A stretch of 64,000 nucleotides of DNA. Origin: Alphaproteobacteria bacterium (GTDB lineage: Bacteria; Pseudomonadota; Alphaproteobacteria; Rickettsiales; JABSSG01). The notes under the pieces were generated by a model that saw only the letters and a list, made by a program, of their open reading frames with translations, was not told where the DNA came from and did not search any database. The position numbers and the translations under genes were made by a program. This document shows, one piece after another, positions 50,355-59,319 of this stretch; position 1 is the stretch's first letter, and the number at the start of each line of letters is the position of its first letter. The stretch covers positions 2,808 to 66,807 of the forward strand of contig JAUIIY010000006.1 in the NCBI GenBank assembly GCA_030431375.1, read 5' to 3'.

Positions 50355-51579
50355 GATAGACAGATATCTGACAAAAATAATCACCTTCTTGATTATTTTA
50401 CTGCCGATATCAATAACAGCAGGAAAAGCTGTCGGAGATATTTTTGCAAGCCTAACAGGCATATTATTTCTGTTACAATGTTTTATCAAAAAGGATTATC
50501 CATTTATTTTTGAAAAATGGGTAACTTGTGCACTTATCTTATGGATATATAGCATAGTTCGTTCATTATTTAGCTTCGAGCCTTCTTTTGCACTTGCCAA
50601 AACTGTTCCTTGGGTCAGATTTATTTTCTTCGCAGCAGCAATTCAATATTATTTATCTAAAAATAATCACTTGATCAAAAAACTACTAATCAGCACTACT
50701 ATCGCTGTAATATTTCTAGTTTCGGATTCGTTATTCCAATATATGATCGGCACAGATTTTTTTGGTAGACCACTCTCCCAGGAAGGTGGTTTTGTCAGAC
50801 TTACAGGACCATTTAGCAAGATGATAGTGGGATATATAATAACCTCATTAGCACTTCCAGTTATCAGCTACATTATTTTTAAATTTAAGTCTTTCGATAA
50901 TTTTGATGTAAGAAAGATAACTTTGTTGGCTGCAATATTTATTATTTATCTGACTGTGTTTTTAAGCGGGGAAAGGTCAGCTTTTATCCAAATAACTTTT
51001 GGAATTGCAATGATTATTTTAGCAGCAAAAATTACTCCAAAAACTATAATAACTATTTTCTTATTTATCATAGCAGTTACTATTATCAGTTACGCATTAA
51101 TGCCTCAAGAATTCCAACGTCAGGTCCTTTCAGTATACCATACTGCCAGACACTTCAACGAATCAGCATACGGGATTTTATGGAATTCCGGTGTTCGGTT
51201 GGGAATTCACAATTTATTTCTAGGAATCGGCCCTAATAATTATGAGTTAGAATGTTTAAAAGTTGCAACTTTTTGCAGATCCCACCCTCATAATATATTC
51301 ATAGAATGGTTTGCTGAATTTGGTATTATTGGTTTATCCTTATTTTTATGTTTTATCTGCACAATTATATTTGAGGTTCGCCGCTTTTATTTTGGCATCG
51401 AAAAGAAATACTATAAATATATTTTGTTTGGCTTACTCGCAACATTTACAGCAAAACTTTTACCTCTACCTTCTTCCGGTTTCTTTAAAAATTGGTATGC
51501 TGTTCCCTTTTGGTTCACTATAGGATGGATGATGTCGTTCAAAAATCCATATTATTGCGATGAAAAATTCAAACACTAG
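50347..51579 (+). CDS. O-antigen ligase (Wzy_C) family membrane protein
   Basis: 410-aa polytopic ORF. Periplasmic-loop region SGERSAFIQ ... HPHNIFIEWFAEFGIIG is typical of the WaaL/O-antigen ligase family. 8-nt overlap with rluD. Confidence 0.7.
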   Translation: MHKIDRYLTKIITFLIILLPISITAGKAVGDIFASLTGILFLLQCFIKKDYPFIFEKWVTCALILWIYSIVRSLFSFEPSFALAKTVPWVRFIFFAAAIQYYLSKNNHLIKKLLISTTIAVIFLVSDSLFQYMIGTDFFGRPLSQEGGFVRLTGPFSKMIVGYIITSLALPVISYIIFKFKSFDNFDVRKITLLAAIFIIYLTVFLSGERSAFIQITFGIAMIILAAKITPKTIITIFLFIIAVTIISYALMPQEFQRQVLSVYHTARHFNESAYGILWNSGVRLGIHNLFLGIGPNNYELECLKVATFCRSHPHNIFIEWFAEFGIIGLSLFLCFICTIIFEVRRFYFGIEKKYYKYILFGLLATFTAKLLPLPSSGFFKNWYAVPFWFTIGWMMSFKNPYYCDEKFKH

Positions 51580-51583
51580 ATTC

Positions 51584-52234
51584 TTATAATTTTTTAATCA
51601 GCAGTGAGGATATGAGCCCAATTAAATTATCTGACCACATAGGATTAAAATAATAAGCAAGACTCAGCTCATGCTTGAAAATATGCTTATTGGGCATATC
51701 GCTTGTTACTTGTGTATCACTAAAATATATTGAACGAATATTATATTTATCAAACAATTTTTTAGTTCTTTTTTTATTCATTTTCTTTATAAAAATTTTG
51801 CTCCAAAGAAAATTATAGAAGGTGGCCTTTTTACCGCAATTTTCAATAAGAGGATCAACAAATATAACCTTGTCAATATTGAGAAATTCATTGCCATTTA
51901 ATATGTTTAAAGCTAAATATGCGCCATATGAGTGAGCTATAATGTGAATTTTTTTGTTTTTCACATTACAATATTTCTTCATTAGCTTAGGTAATAAAAC
52001 CTTATAAATTTCTTCAATTTGACTTTTACTTCTTGAATAATCACAGTTAAAAACAATGAAATTTTTCTTTGCTAAACTATCTGCCAATTTACGCATTGAA
52101 TTATTTGTTCTAACTAAATCATGCAGCAAAATTACATAATCACCATTTGGGCCAAAAGCAGAATGCGCAACTAAAGAAGTATGTAAATCTATCGAACCAG
52201 CGTCTAAAACCCACTCAAAAAAATTAAGAGACAC
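51584..52234 (-). CDS. Small alpha/beta-fold serine hydrolase (esterase/lipase-like)
   Basis: 216-aa ORF. DYVILLHDL (HG-like), nucleophile elbow IIAHSYGAY. GTG start preceded by AGGGG. Lies 16 nt downstream of the last Mrp-type gene on the same strand. Confidence 0.7.
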   Translation of the reverse strand: MSLNFFEWVLDAGSIDLHTSLVAHSAFGPNGDYVILLHDLVRTNNSMRKLADSLAKKNFIVFNCDYSRSKSQIEEIYKVLLPKLMKKYCNVKNKKIHIIAHSYGAYLALNILNGNEFLNIDKVIFVDPLIENCGKKATFYNFLWSKIFIKKMNKKRTKKLFDKYNIRSIYFSDTQVTSDMPNKHIFKHELSLAYYFNPMWSDNLIGLISSLLIKKL

Positions 52235-52250
52235 GATACCCCTAAAAAAT

Positions 52251-53828
52251 TTACAATAATACCACCATTATAATTATCACTATTGCAGCCATATAGAAAT
52301 CATAATTGATATTTGCGAAATAATTTTGTTGCTTAAGATTTTTATAAGATTTTTGCGAATAAACAGAAACCTCTTCTCTTATTTCCAATACTTTACATGA
52401 TACAAAATCCCAAGATTTTATTATGATCTTCAAACAATGACTATATATGGAATATAAAAAAACCCTGTATATCCAATCTATATCTGGAAACAATTGATCC
52501 TCTTTTTGTATAAGAAAATTTTTGAACCAACCACATATAAATAGAAATATCAGCAAATATATTGTTTTTTTTACCGAATATATTAGCAAGTCAGGAATAG
52601 AAAAATTCAGGGCAAGCCCACACACAAAAATCACAGCAAATATCAGTAAAAATATTTTATCCATCTGCCAATAAAAATTTTTATGCTTTCTATAAAATGC
52701 ATAAAATTTTCCTAAGGTTGCAAGGCTCGTTAAATATAAGCTATATTCGACCAATTGACCGGAAAAATACTGAGTATTATGCGAGGCATAATATTTCACT
52801 GGAAAACTAATACTATACGGCAAACCTATAATAAACAAGCTCGCAATAGTTAGGGAAAAAATAGATTTTTTATAAATTGATTTATCATTTAATTGGATGA
52901 ATGATCCCAAATTATTCTTTTCTTTTAAATAGCTAACAACAAACATAGCAAAAAAGCAATATAGGCTACTTAATCCAATCAAATAGTTAATATTATCAAA
53001 ATTCTTACTACCAACAACTGATAATAATATCCCATTCTGCATAATTATATAATACGCTATCACCCTTCTCAATTGGGTAGAAACAAGCATATAGAAAATA
53101 GCATAAACAATTGTAACAACCCCTAGTAATATAAGATTCTCATTTCCATAATAAATTTTGGCTAAAAGATAGATAGAAATTTTTGTCGTAAAGACTGATA
53201 AAATTAATGTTCCACTACTGGTAGATCTCGGATAACTATCAGGAAGCCATGCTGAAAAAGGAAAAATAGCTGCATTAATTAACAAACCAATTCCCAACAA
53301 ATAATTGCTATATGGATTGTTAGAATTTTCAGACAAATAATCTGACATCTTACTTAAATAAAAACTACCAGTATTTTCGTAATGATGAATTACCCCGAGT
53401 AAAATTAGGGTGCCTGCAATTATATGCATTTTCAGATATCTTAGGCCAGCAGCTTTTGAAGCCCGGTTTCTTCCCTGAAATATGATATATGCTGACGCAA
53501 TCATCATTAGCTCAATACAACAAAAAATTTCTATTAAATGATGAGCGTCTATTATCCGTAATGCACTAAAACCATATATGAGTAAGGCTATGACTTCTCT
53601 GAGACGATTACACCAGAAAGCATACATCCCCGAAAACAAAATGATTATGGTAAAAACCAATTTGATAGAGGCAATATTTTGAAGATAATTGACTTTGAAA
53701 TCGATAACATGCAGCATATAAGCCGTGACCGCAATTATAAAAATCGTCTTTGCTTTATTCTCGTATTTTTTTGCTAACAAAACCAATATAGCGCAAAATA
53801 TTAAGATTATTTCAGGGTATAATGCCAT
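52251..53828 (-). CDS. Antiporter-like subunit 3 (NuoL/M/N-MrpD superfamily, strongly diverged)
   Basis: 525-aa polytopic ORF. The family core is recognisable only in degenerate form (FPFSAWLPDSYPRSTSSGTLILSVFTTKISIYLLAKI). Confidence 0.7.
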   Translation of the reverse strand: MALYPEIILIFCAILVLLAKKYENKAKTIFIIAVTAYMLHVIDFKVNYLQNIASIKLVFTIIILFSGMYAFWCNRLREVIALLIYGFSALRIIDAHHLIEIFCCIELMMIASAYIIFQGRNRASKAAGLRYLKMHIIAGTLILLGVIHHYENTGSFYLSKMSDYLSENSNNPYSNYLLGIGLLINAAIFPFSAWLPDSYPRSTSSGTLILSVFTTKISIYLLAKIYYGNENLILLGVVTIVYAIFYMLVSTQLRRVIAYYIIMQNGILLSVVGSKNFDNINYLIGLSSLYCFFAMFVVSYLKEKNNLGSFIQLNDKSIYKKSIFSLTIASLFIIGLPYSISFPVKYYASHNTQYFSGQLVEYSLYLTSLATLGKFYAFYRKHKNFYWQMDKIFLLIFAVIFVCGLALNFSIPDLLIYSVKKTIYLLIFLFICGWFKNFLIQKEDQLFPDIDWIYRVFLYSIYSHCLKIIIKSWDFVSCKVLEIREEVSVYSQKSYKNLKQQNYFANINYDFYMAAIVIIIMVVLL

Positions 53829-53850
53829 ATATAATAAACTCCCTTTTTTC

Positions 53851-55320
53851 CTATAACCTACTTTCTAGAAATGTAACAATATCCATGTAAAACACCCAAA
53901 ATACCGAGGTTATTATTGTGGTTAATATCATTGCAATGATCATGGAAGATTTAATTGATTCTGCATATAAAGCTTTTTTTTCTGATTTGTAGCTCGAGAT
54001 ATATAACTTGTAAATTAACCTAACAAAGTAATTAGCAGTAAATAAGATACTAACCGCCATCACAAATAATATGAAATAATTTACTGGCTCAAGATAGGCT
54101 GCATGCAATATATAAGCCTTACTGATAAACCCAGCAAAAATAGGAATACCAATTATCGAAAATGCATTTATTACGATGATTCCTGAAGCTATAGGGAATT
54201 TTTTTGCTATACCCGACATATCATCAATTTCAGTTAAGCGCGAGGTTGAATAAATATATCCAGCTGAGAAAAACAAGCTGATCTTGGCGAATGCATGGCT
54301 AATCATATGTAAGATCGAGGCAAGAACACCTATTTTAGAAAATATTGATAAAGCTAAGATACACAACGATAATTGATTGATCGTTGAATAGGCTAACAAT
54401 TTTTTTAAAGTAGTCTGGTATATCGCAAAAATAGAAGAAACAATTAACGAGAATGAAGCTAAAATCGTGATTATATTCACACCGTAATATTGTGGTAATT
54501 GATTGAGAAAATCAAAACCAAAAATATAATAATATGTTTTTATTAAAATAAAAATTCCTGACTTTACAACTGCTACAGCATGAAGAAGAGCACTAACAGG
54601 AATAGGTGCCACCATTGCTCTTGGAAGCCAAAAATGTACAGGTACAATAGCCGCTTTTGAAACACCATAAAGCAATAAAATTGGCAAAAACCAACCTTCA
54701 TTTACATTGATTTCAGAAAAAGAATCATAATTTACCACTCCATATTTTGCATATAAATATACTACCGAAGGAAGGAAAAATAGCATTGACGTTACCAAAA
54801 GAAACATCAGATAAAATTTAGCTGATTTTTTTTCATGGTCAGTTAAATTATTAGCAACCAGAGGGTATGTGATTACCGTAAGTAATTCATAGAAAACAAA
54901 TGTTTGTATAAGACTACTAGATATAGCAATAAGAATTGCTAATAAGACTGACAAAGCCACTAGAATAAAAATTCTATTTATATCAACTTCGAGATTAAGT
55001 CTTTTATAGGAGATAGTATAGAGATTGTTGCAAAACCATAAAGGGATCACCATAGAAATAAAAATAACTCCTATCGGTTCCAACAAAAACCTGCTGCCAA
55101 ATATGCTTATTTCAAGAAATTTACTAGAATTTTCTAGATAACTTTTACAAATATAACCTACAACCAACATGCTGAAAAAACTTATAATTAGGATGATGGG
55201 TTTTTGTAGTATGGGTCTATTCTTAAGCAGGAGACCCACTACAAACACTGCTAATATTGTATATATCAAATATTGAACTGCCATTTTATATCCGTATAAA
55301 TTCTTGCATATTACTTTCAA
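53851..55320 (-). CDS. Antiporter-like subunit 2 (MrpA N-terminal/NuoL-like signature)
   Basis: 489-aa polytopic ORF. VPVHFWLPRAMVAPIPVSALLHAVAVVKSGIFILIK matches the NuoL/MrpA-type motif. An alternative ATG at 55284 removes the overlap with the upstream gene. Confidence 0.85.
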   Translation of the reverse strand: MKVICKNLYGYKMAVQYLIYTILAVFVVGLLLKNRPILQKPIILIISFFSMLVVGYICKSYLENSSKFLEISIFGSRFLLEPIGVIFISMVIPLWFCNNLYTISYKRLNLEVDINRIFILVALSVLLAILIAISSSLIQTFVFYELLTVITYPLVANNLTDHEKKSAKFYLMFLLVTSMLFFLPSVVYLYAKYGVVNYDSFSEINVNEGWFLPILLLYGVSKAAIVPVHFWLPRAMVAPIPVSALLHAVAVVKSGIFILIKTYYYIFGFDFLNQLPQYYGVNIITILASFSLIVSSIFAIYQTTLKKLLAYSTINQLSLCILALSIFSKIGVLASILHMISHAFAKISLFFSAGYIYSTSRLTEIDDMSGIAKKFPIASGIIVINAFSIIGIPIFAGFISKAYILHAAYLEPVNYFILFVMAVSILFTANYFVRLIYKLYISSYKSEKKALYAESIKSSMIIAMILTTIITSVFWVFYMDIVTFLESRL

Positions 55321-56719
55321 AAAGGGCCAAAACTATCAGTGAACAAATCATTATTAAAAAAACTATTTGCTGCTTTAGATTAATCACAATAGAGTGGCTT
55401 TCATTATCGTTCTGTTTTAAACCTTGATAAAAAAATTCAAAGAACCGGAAAAAATAGAATACAGACAAAATACCAGCAAATATCATCACAGCGAAAATCA
55501 AGTAATTATCTTGGATAAACAGCTTCTCAAGCAAATAAACTTTTGCAGAAAAACCATATGTGCCTGGAACACCTATCATGCTGGCTGCAGCTATTACGTA
55601 CGTTAAAAGAGCCAGTATTGTTACATGTGAAACTCTCTCCTCAGAAAGCATATGATTGGGCGTTACTGAAACAAACATAAATAAAGTCATTTTTGCTAAT
55701 GCATGCGATATAAACAATGCCATGAGCACGTAACTATCCAGCGGAAATAATATTATTGCTATAACCATATAGCCGATTTGCGAGATGGATGAATAGGATA
55801 ACATTCTACGCAAATCTTTTTGTACCAATGCTAAAATACTTCCTAATATTATTGAAACCAACGACAATACTAAAAGAATTTTATCTACTCCAATATATGA
55901 TAATAATCCACTCTGAAAAAATGCAACTTGCATTTTATACAAGGTGAAAATCATTATCTTTGTCGAGATCGCAGAATAGAAAAATGTTATATAATATGAG
56001 CTATATGCATAAATATTGAGCAGCCACCTATGAAAAGGAAACAAGGCAAATTTTATAGCAAGACCTGTAACGATAAAGAAAAAGCCAATACAAGAAATAA
56101 AATCTGTGGATTGCTTTTGCGATAATATTTCAGAGATATGTGAAATATTTAAAGTGCCCACATCAGCATAAATAAATCCTATTCCTAATAAAATAAGAGT
56201 TGCCGCAAATGTGCCTAAAATCAAATAATCTAAAGATGATTTGATTGCCAATTTTTTATTGGAAATACTTGCAAGTGAATATGTGGCAATAGCTGACATT
56301 TCAATAAAAACATATAAGTTAAAAATATCATTTGTAAGCAAAATACCGGTAAATCCTGCCAATAATATTAAATATATAGCGAAGAAAATGTTGTTAAAAC
56401 TTTTACAAATAAAATGATCAAGCCTTTTATATGAAAAGAGAGCTATCAAAAATGAGACAAAATACATTAAACACAAAAATAAATAGTTGCTTTTATTTAC
56501 AACAAATTCGATGCCATATGGTGGCATCCAACCCCCGAATGCATACGACACATGTGCGTTTGTAGCTATGTGCGGATAATAAACAAATAAAATAAATCCC
56601 ATCAATAAATGGAACAAAACAATAAATAAATCAGCTTTATGTTTCTTAAAAAAAGCTAGGTATATCAAACTAAATAATATCGGCAAAACAACAACTAATG
56701 CAGGAAATTGATCTATCAT
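55286..56719 (-). CDS. mrpD: Antiporter-like subunit 1 (MrpD/NuoN-like, diverged)
   Basis: 477-aa polytopic ORF. FGGWMPPYGIEFVVNKSNYLF (MrpD-type N-terminus) and FPFHRWLLNIY...STKIMIFTLYKM. Confidence 0.78.
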   Translation of the reverse strand: MIDQFPALVVVLPILFSLIYLAFFKKHKADLFIVLFHLLMGFILFVYYPHIATNAHVSYAFGGWMPPYGIEFVVNKSNYLFLCLMYFVSFLIALFSYKRLDHFICKSFNNIFFAIYLILLAGFTGILLTNDIFNLYVFIEMSAIATYSLASISNKKLAIKSSLDYLILGTFAATLILLGIGFIYADVGTLNISHISEILSQKQSTDFISCIGFFFIVTGLAIKFALFPFHRWLLNIYAYSSYYITFFYSAISTKIMIFTLYKMQVAFFQSGLLSYIGVDKILLVLSLVSIILGSILALVQKDLRRMLSYSSISQIGYMVIAIILFPLDSYVLMALFISHALAKMTLFMFVSVTPNHMLSEERVSHVTILALLTYVIAAASMIGVPGTYGFSAKVYLLEKLFIQDNYLIFAVMIFAGILSVFYFFRFFEFFYQGLKQNDNESHSIVINLKQQIVFLIMICSLIVLALFESNMQEFIRI

Positions 56720-57096
56720 TTATCCTCCACATTGATGCTTGTTTTATTCATGTCATCTTCATCTACAACCGAGAACTCTTCCTTCATTCTCATTAACAAC
56801 GAGAGGCCCACTGATAATAATGCCAGCCCAACAACAATTGCCGTCAACATCAACACATGTGGCAAGGGATTCACAATTTCATTACTGCCAATAAATGGAG
56901 AAGACGCCCCTTTTATGTAAGAAAAAAATATGAATAAGATAATAACGGAAACCTGCATTAACCCCAAACTTATGAGGCGTTTAAAATAGCTTGAACTTGT
57001 CATGAGTCCATAAAAACTGATGGAGAATAATAGAAACACCAATATGTATGGTAAAATATTAGTAAACATCAATATTAGTCTCCCCTCTTGTTGCAA
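56716..57096 (-). CDS. mrpC: Mrp subunit C (NuoK-like)
   Basis: 126-aa, three-TM ORF in the operon position between MrpB and the large subunits. LISLGLMQVSVIILF is NuoK/MnhC-like. Possible later start at 57069. Confidence 0.75.
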   Translation of the reverse strand: MQQEGRLILMFTNILPYILVFLLFSISFYGLMTSSSYFKRLISLGLMQVSVIILFIFFSYIKGASSPFIGSNEIVNPLPHVLMLTAIVVGLALLSVGLSLLMRMKEEFSVVDEDDMNKTSINVEDK

Positions 57097-57496
57097 CTCT
57101 AAAATATATTAAAGTAAGTGAAGAAAAAACAGTAAAACCAACTCCCCATTCCACAATCACAATACCATAATGCTGAGCGTCCGTTAATATAACATCTAAA
57201 GCATTATAATTTAGAAAACCCATATTTCTTACCAAACCAAATATTCCAGGAAACATATACATAGCTATACCTAAAACTGCTAGGTTAAAAAGAAACCTAT
57301 AATTTACCAGCTTGAATGTAATATCGTTACCTTTGAGCAAATGTAAAATTACTATAGCGGCGCTCATTACTGCACCAGCCTGGAATCCTCCTCCTGGTTC
57401 ATCACCTCCATTTATCTGCACATAAAAAGCAAATAATATTATTAATGGAGATAATAGCTTTGTCGCAAATTCAATGATGATATTATTTCTACTCAT
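57059..57496 (-). CDS. mrpB: Mrp subunit B
   Basis: 145-aa ORF. MnhB-domain signature GGDEPGGGFQAGAVMSAAIVI. Confidence 0.8.
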   Translation of the reverse strand: MSRNNIIIEFATKLLSPLIILFAFYVQINGGDEPGGGFQAGAVMSAAIVILHLLKGNDITFKLVNYRFLFNLAVLGIAMYMFPGIFGLVRNMGFLNYNALDVILTDAQHYGIVIVEWGVGFTVFSSLTLIYFRVATRGETNIDVY

Positions 57497-58031
57497 GATC
57501 CACTTTCCGCTTTTTAATTTTTAGAATCATCAATACAGATAACATAGCAGTAAAAATAACCAAGGTTTCACCAAATGTATCAAATCCCCTAAAGCTTGCC
57601 AATATAGCCGCAACAATAGATTTAATGCCTATCAATTGCTCAGTATTAGTTTCATAAAAATTTATAATTTCGCTCGAATTCGCGGCAGTTTTCGCTGAAC
57701 CAAATTCGGGCAAATAAAAAGAAACATAAATCATACTAACAAAAAATATTAAGCTAATAATGATTCCAAAAAATGAAATTTTATATTTAGTCTTCTCCTC
57801 TTTTAACTTCGTCACACATGCTAATAATATAACAGTACTTATACACACACCAATCGCTGCTTCAGTTAATCCAACATCAGGAGCTTTCAACATTAAGTAA
57901 AGCAAAGCAGATATCAGACTAAATAAAGAGATATTCACCACAGTAGAAAAATAGCTTTTATTTGTAAGAATAAAAATTGCTATGACATTCAAGATTATTA
58001 AAAGGAATGTGATAACTAAATATTCATTCAT
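57489..58031 (-). CDS. Fusion of a DUF4040 (MrpA C-terminal / MbhD-like) segment and a small MnhB-like (MbhE-like) segment
   Basis: 180-aa ORF. KAPDVGLTEAAIGVCISTVIL (DUF4040 signature) in the N-terminal half. AAILASFRGFDTFGETLVIFTA (MnhB signature) in the C-terminal half. Confidence 0.72.
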   Translation of the reverse strand: MNEYLVITFLLIILNVIAIFILTNKSYFSTVVNISLFSLISALLYLMLKAPDVGLTEAAIGVCISTVILLACVTKLKEEKTKYKISFFGIIISLIFFVSMIYVSFYLPEFGSAKTAANSSEIINFYETNTEQLIGIKSIVAAILASFRGFDTFGETLVIFTAMLSVLMILKIKKRKVDHE

Positions 58032-58317
58032 CTTTATCCCCTATTATTGTTTTTAAACGCGCTAAAATGAAAGTCGAGGTAGGACTGACTATAATAGTAA
58101 TGAGAATCAGTAAAATTATCTTCATAGAGAAATAATTAAGTCCGCTAAGAAAAATAATACCCACGAGTATTAACACACACCCAAATACATCGTTCAGCCC
58201 AGCAGCATGAGTCTTAGAATAGAAATCTCTAAAGCGCAACATACCCACTGCTGCAATAAAACATATTAACGCTCCCGATATAATGAGCGCATAACCTAAA
58301 ATATCAATGATCTCCAT
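58024..58317 (-). CDS. mrpG: Mrp subunit G
   Basis: 97-aa ORF. GMLRFRDFYSKTHAAGLNDVFGCVLILVG matches the PhaG/MnhG signature. Confidence 0.82.
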   Translation of the reverse strand: MEIIDILGYALIISGALICFIAAVGMLRFRDFYSKTHAAGLNDVFGCVLILVGIIFLSGLNYFSMKIILLILITIIVSPTSTFILARLKTIIGDKDE

Positions 58318-58561
58318 TTCTTCTTTCTCTTAATTTCAAAAATGCTGCATTAGCTATAAAACCTATCAAGGCATATAAAATTGCTACATCAATAAAAAAT
58401 CTTTGTTTTAAAAAAAATGCCAGCAAAGTTATAATCGTAATGCCTATAGCATTGATAGAATTTAAGACTAATAATTTTGTAGCAACTGACTTTTCCAAAA
58501 GGAAGATCCTTAGGTAAATTAAAAAAGTTACTAAAAGCACTATTAATATTAGATTAGCCAT
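58304..58561 (-). CDS. mrpF: Mrp subunit F
   Basis: 85-aa, three-TM ORF. C-terminal FIDVAILYALIGFIANAAFLK is MrpF/PhaF-like. Sits between E and G. Confidence 0.72.
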   Translation of the reverse strand: MANLILIVLLVTFLIYLRIFLLEKSVATKLLVLNSINAIGITIITLLAFFLKQRFFIDVAILYALIGFIANAAFLKLRERRNGDH

Positions 58562-59021
58562 TTTTTAGAGCCTTAATTTTATTTATCATGGTTTTATCGT
58601 TAAGCGATTCTGCAAATTCGCTATTTAAACAATGCACCGATAATTCTTGATCAGAAAATGTGATAGACGTTGTACCAGGAGTAAGTGTGATTGAATCAGC
58701 ATATAATATATTTACATCATCTGTTTCCTGAACTCTTACTTTTGTAAACATTGGGTCATATGGTTTTACATTTAAAATTACTTTCATTGTTTCAATAGAA
58801 GCCTTTGCAATTTCTATAAAGAGCCAAATCAGATATTTAAATAATCGTAAAATAGAAAAATTATTTTCCGAAATATATGCTTGAGTTATCCGGTAAGATA
58901 TCAAAAGTGATATCACCACATATGCTAGTGCGTTGTAAAAATCTTCTAGCTGATGAGAAGAAATTAACGTGATAAAAAATATCGCTGCTACAAAAAAATT
59001 TTTTAATTTATTTAAAAACAT
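58554..59021 (-). CDS. mrpE: Mrp subunit E
   Basis: 155-aa ORF. The MnhE signature ADSITLTPGTTSI is preceded by two TM helices. Confidence 0.82.
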   Translation of the reverse strand: MFLNKLKNFFVAAIFFITLISSHQLEDFYNALAYVVISLLISYRITQAYISENNFSILRLFKYLIWLFIEIAKASIETMKVILNVKPYDPMFTKVRVQETDDVNILYADSITLTPGTTSITFSDQELSVHCLNSEFAESLNDKTMINKIKALKNG

Positions 59022-59086
59022 GAATTTACTAAATAAACTTCTTTACTAATTATTGCAAATAATATAAAAAATAGATCATTACATCG

Positions 59087-59163
59087 GGGGGTGTAGCTCA
59101 GCTGGTTAGAGCGCCTGCCTGTCACGCAGGAGGTCGCGGGTTCGAGTCCCGTCACTCCCGCCA
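59087..59163 (+). tRNA. tRNA-Asp (anticodon GUC)
   Basis: Hand-folded cloverleaf. Acceptor GGGGGTG/CACTCCC (one G-U pair), D-arm TAGCTCAGCTGGTTAGAGC, anticodon stem CCTGC/GCAGG with loop CTGTCAC (GTC at 59121-59123), T-arm GGGTTCGAGTCCC, encoded CCA. Confidence 0.95.
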
Positions 59164-59319
59164 CTCGTTGTATGATCCAATTTACTGTTATTCTAGCTTT
59201 TTCTTGAGATATTTCATTCTAAAAATGGTCCAACCAAGCTTTATAACATATTTTTTGCTGATTTATTTTGTTTTCTTGCTATCTTCTAATTTTAGAATTA
59301 TTCATTTTTTCATATAGTC

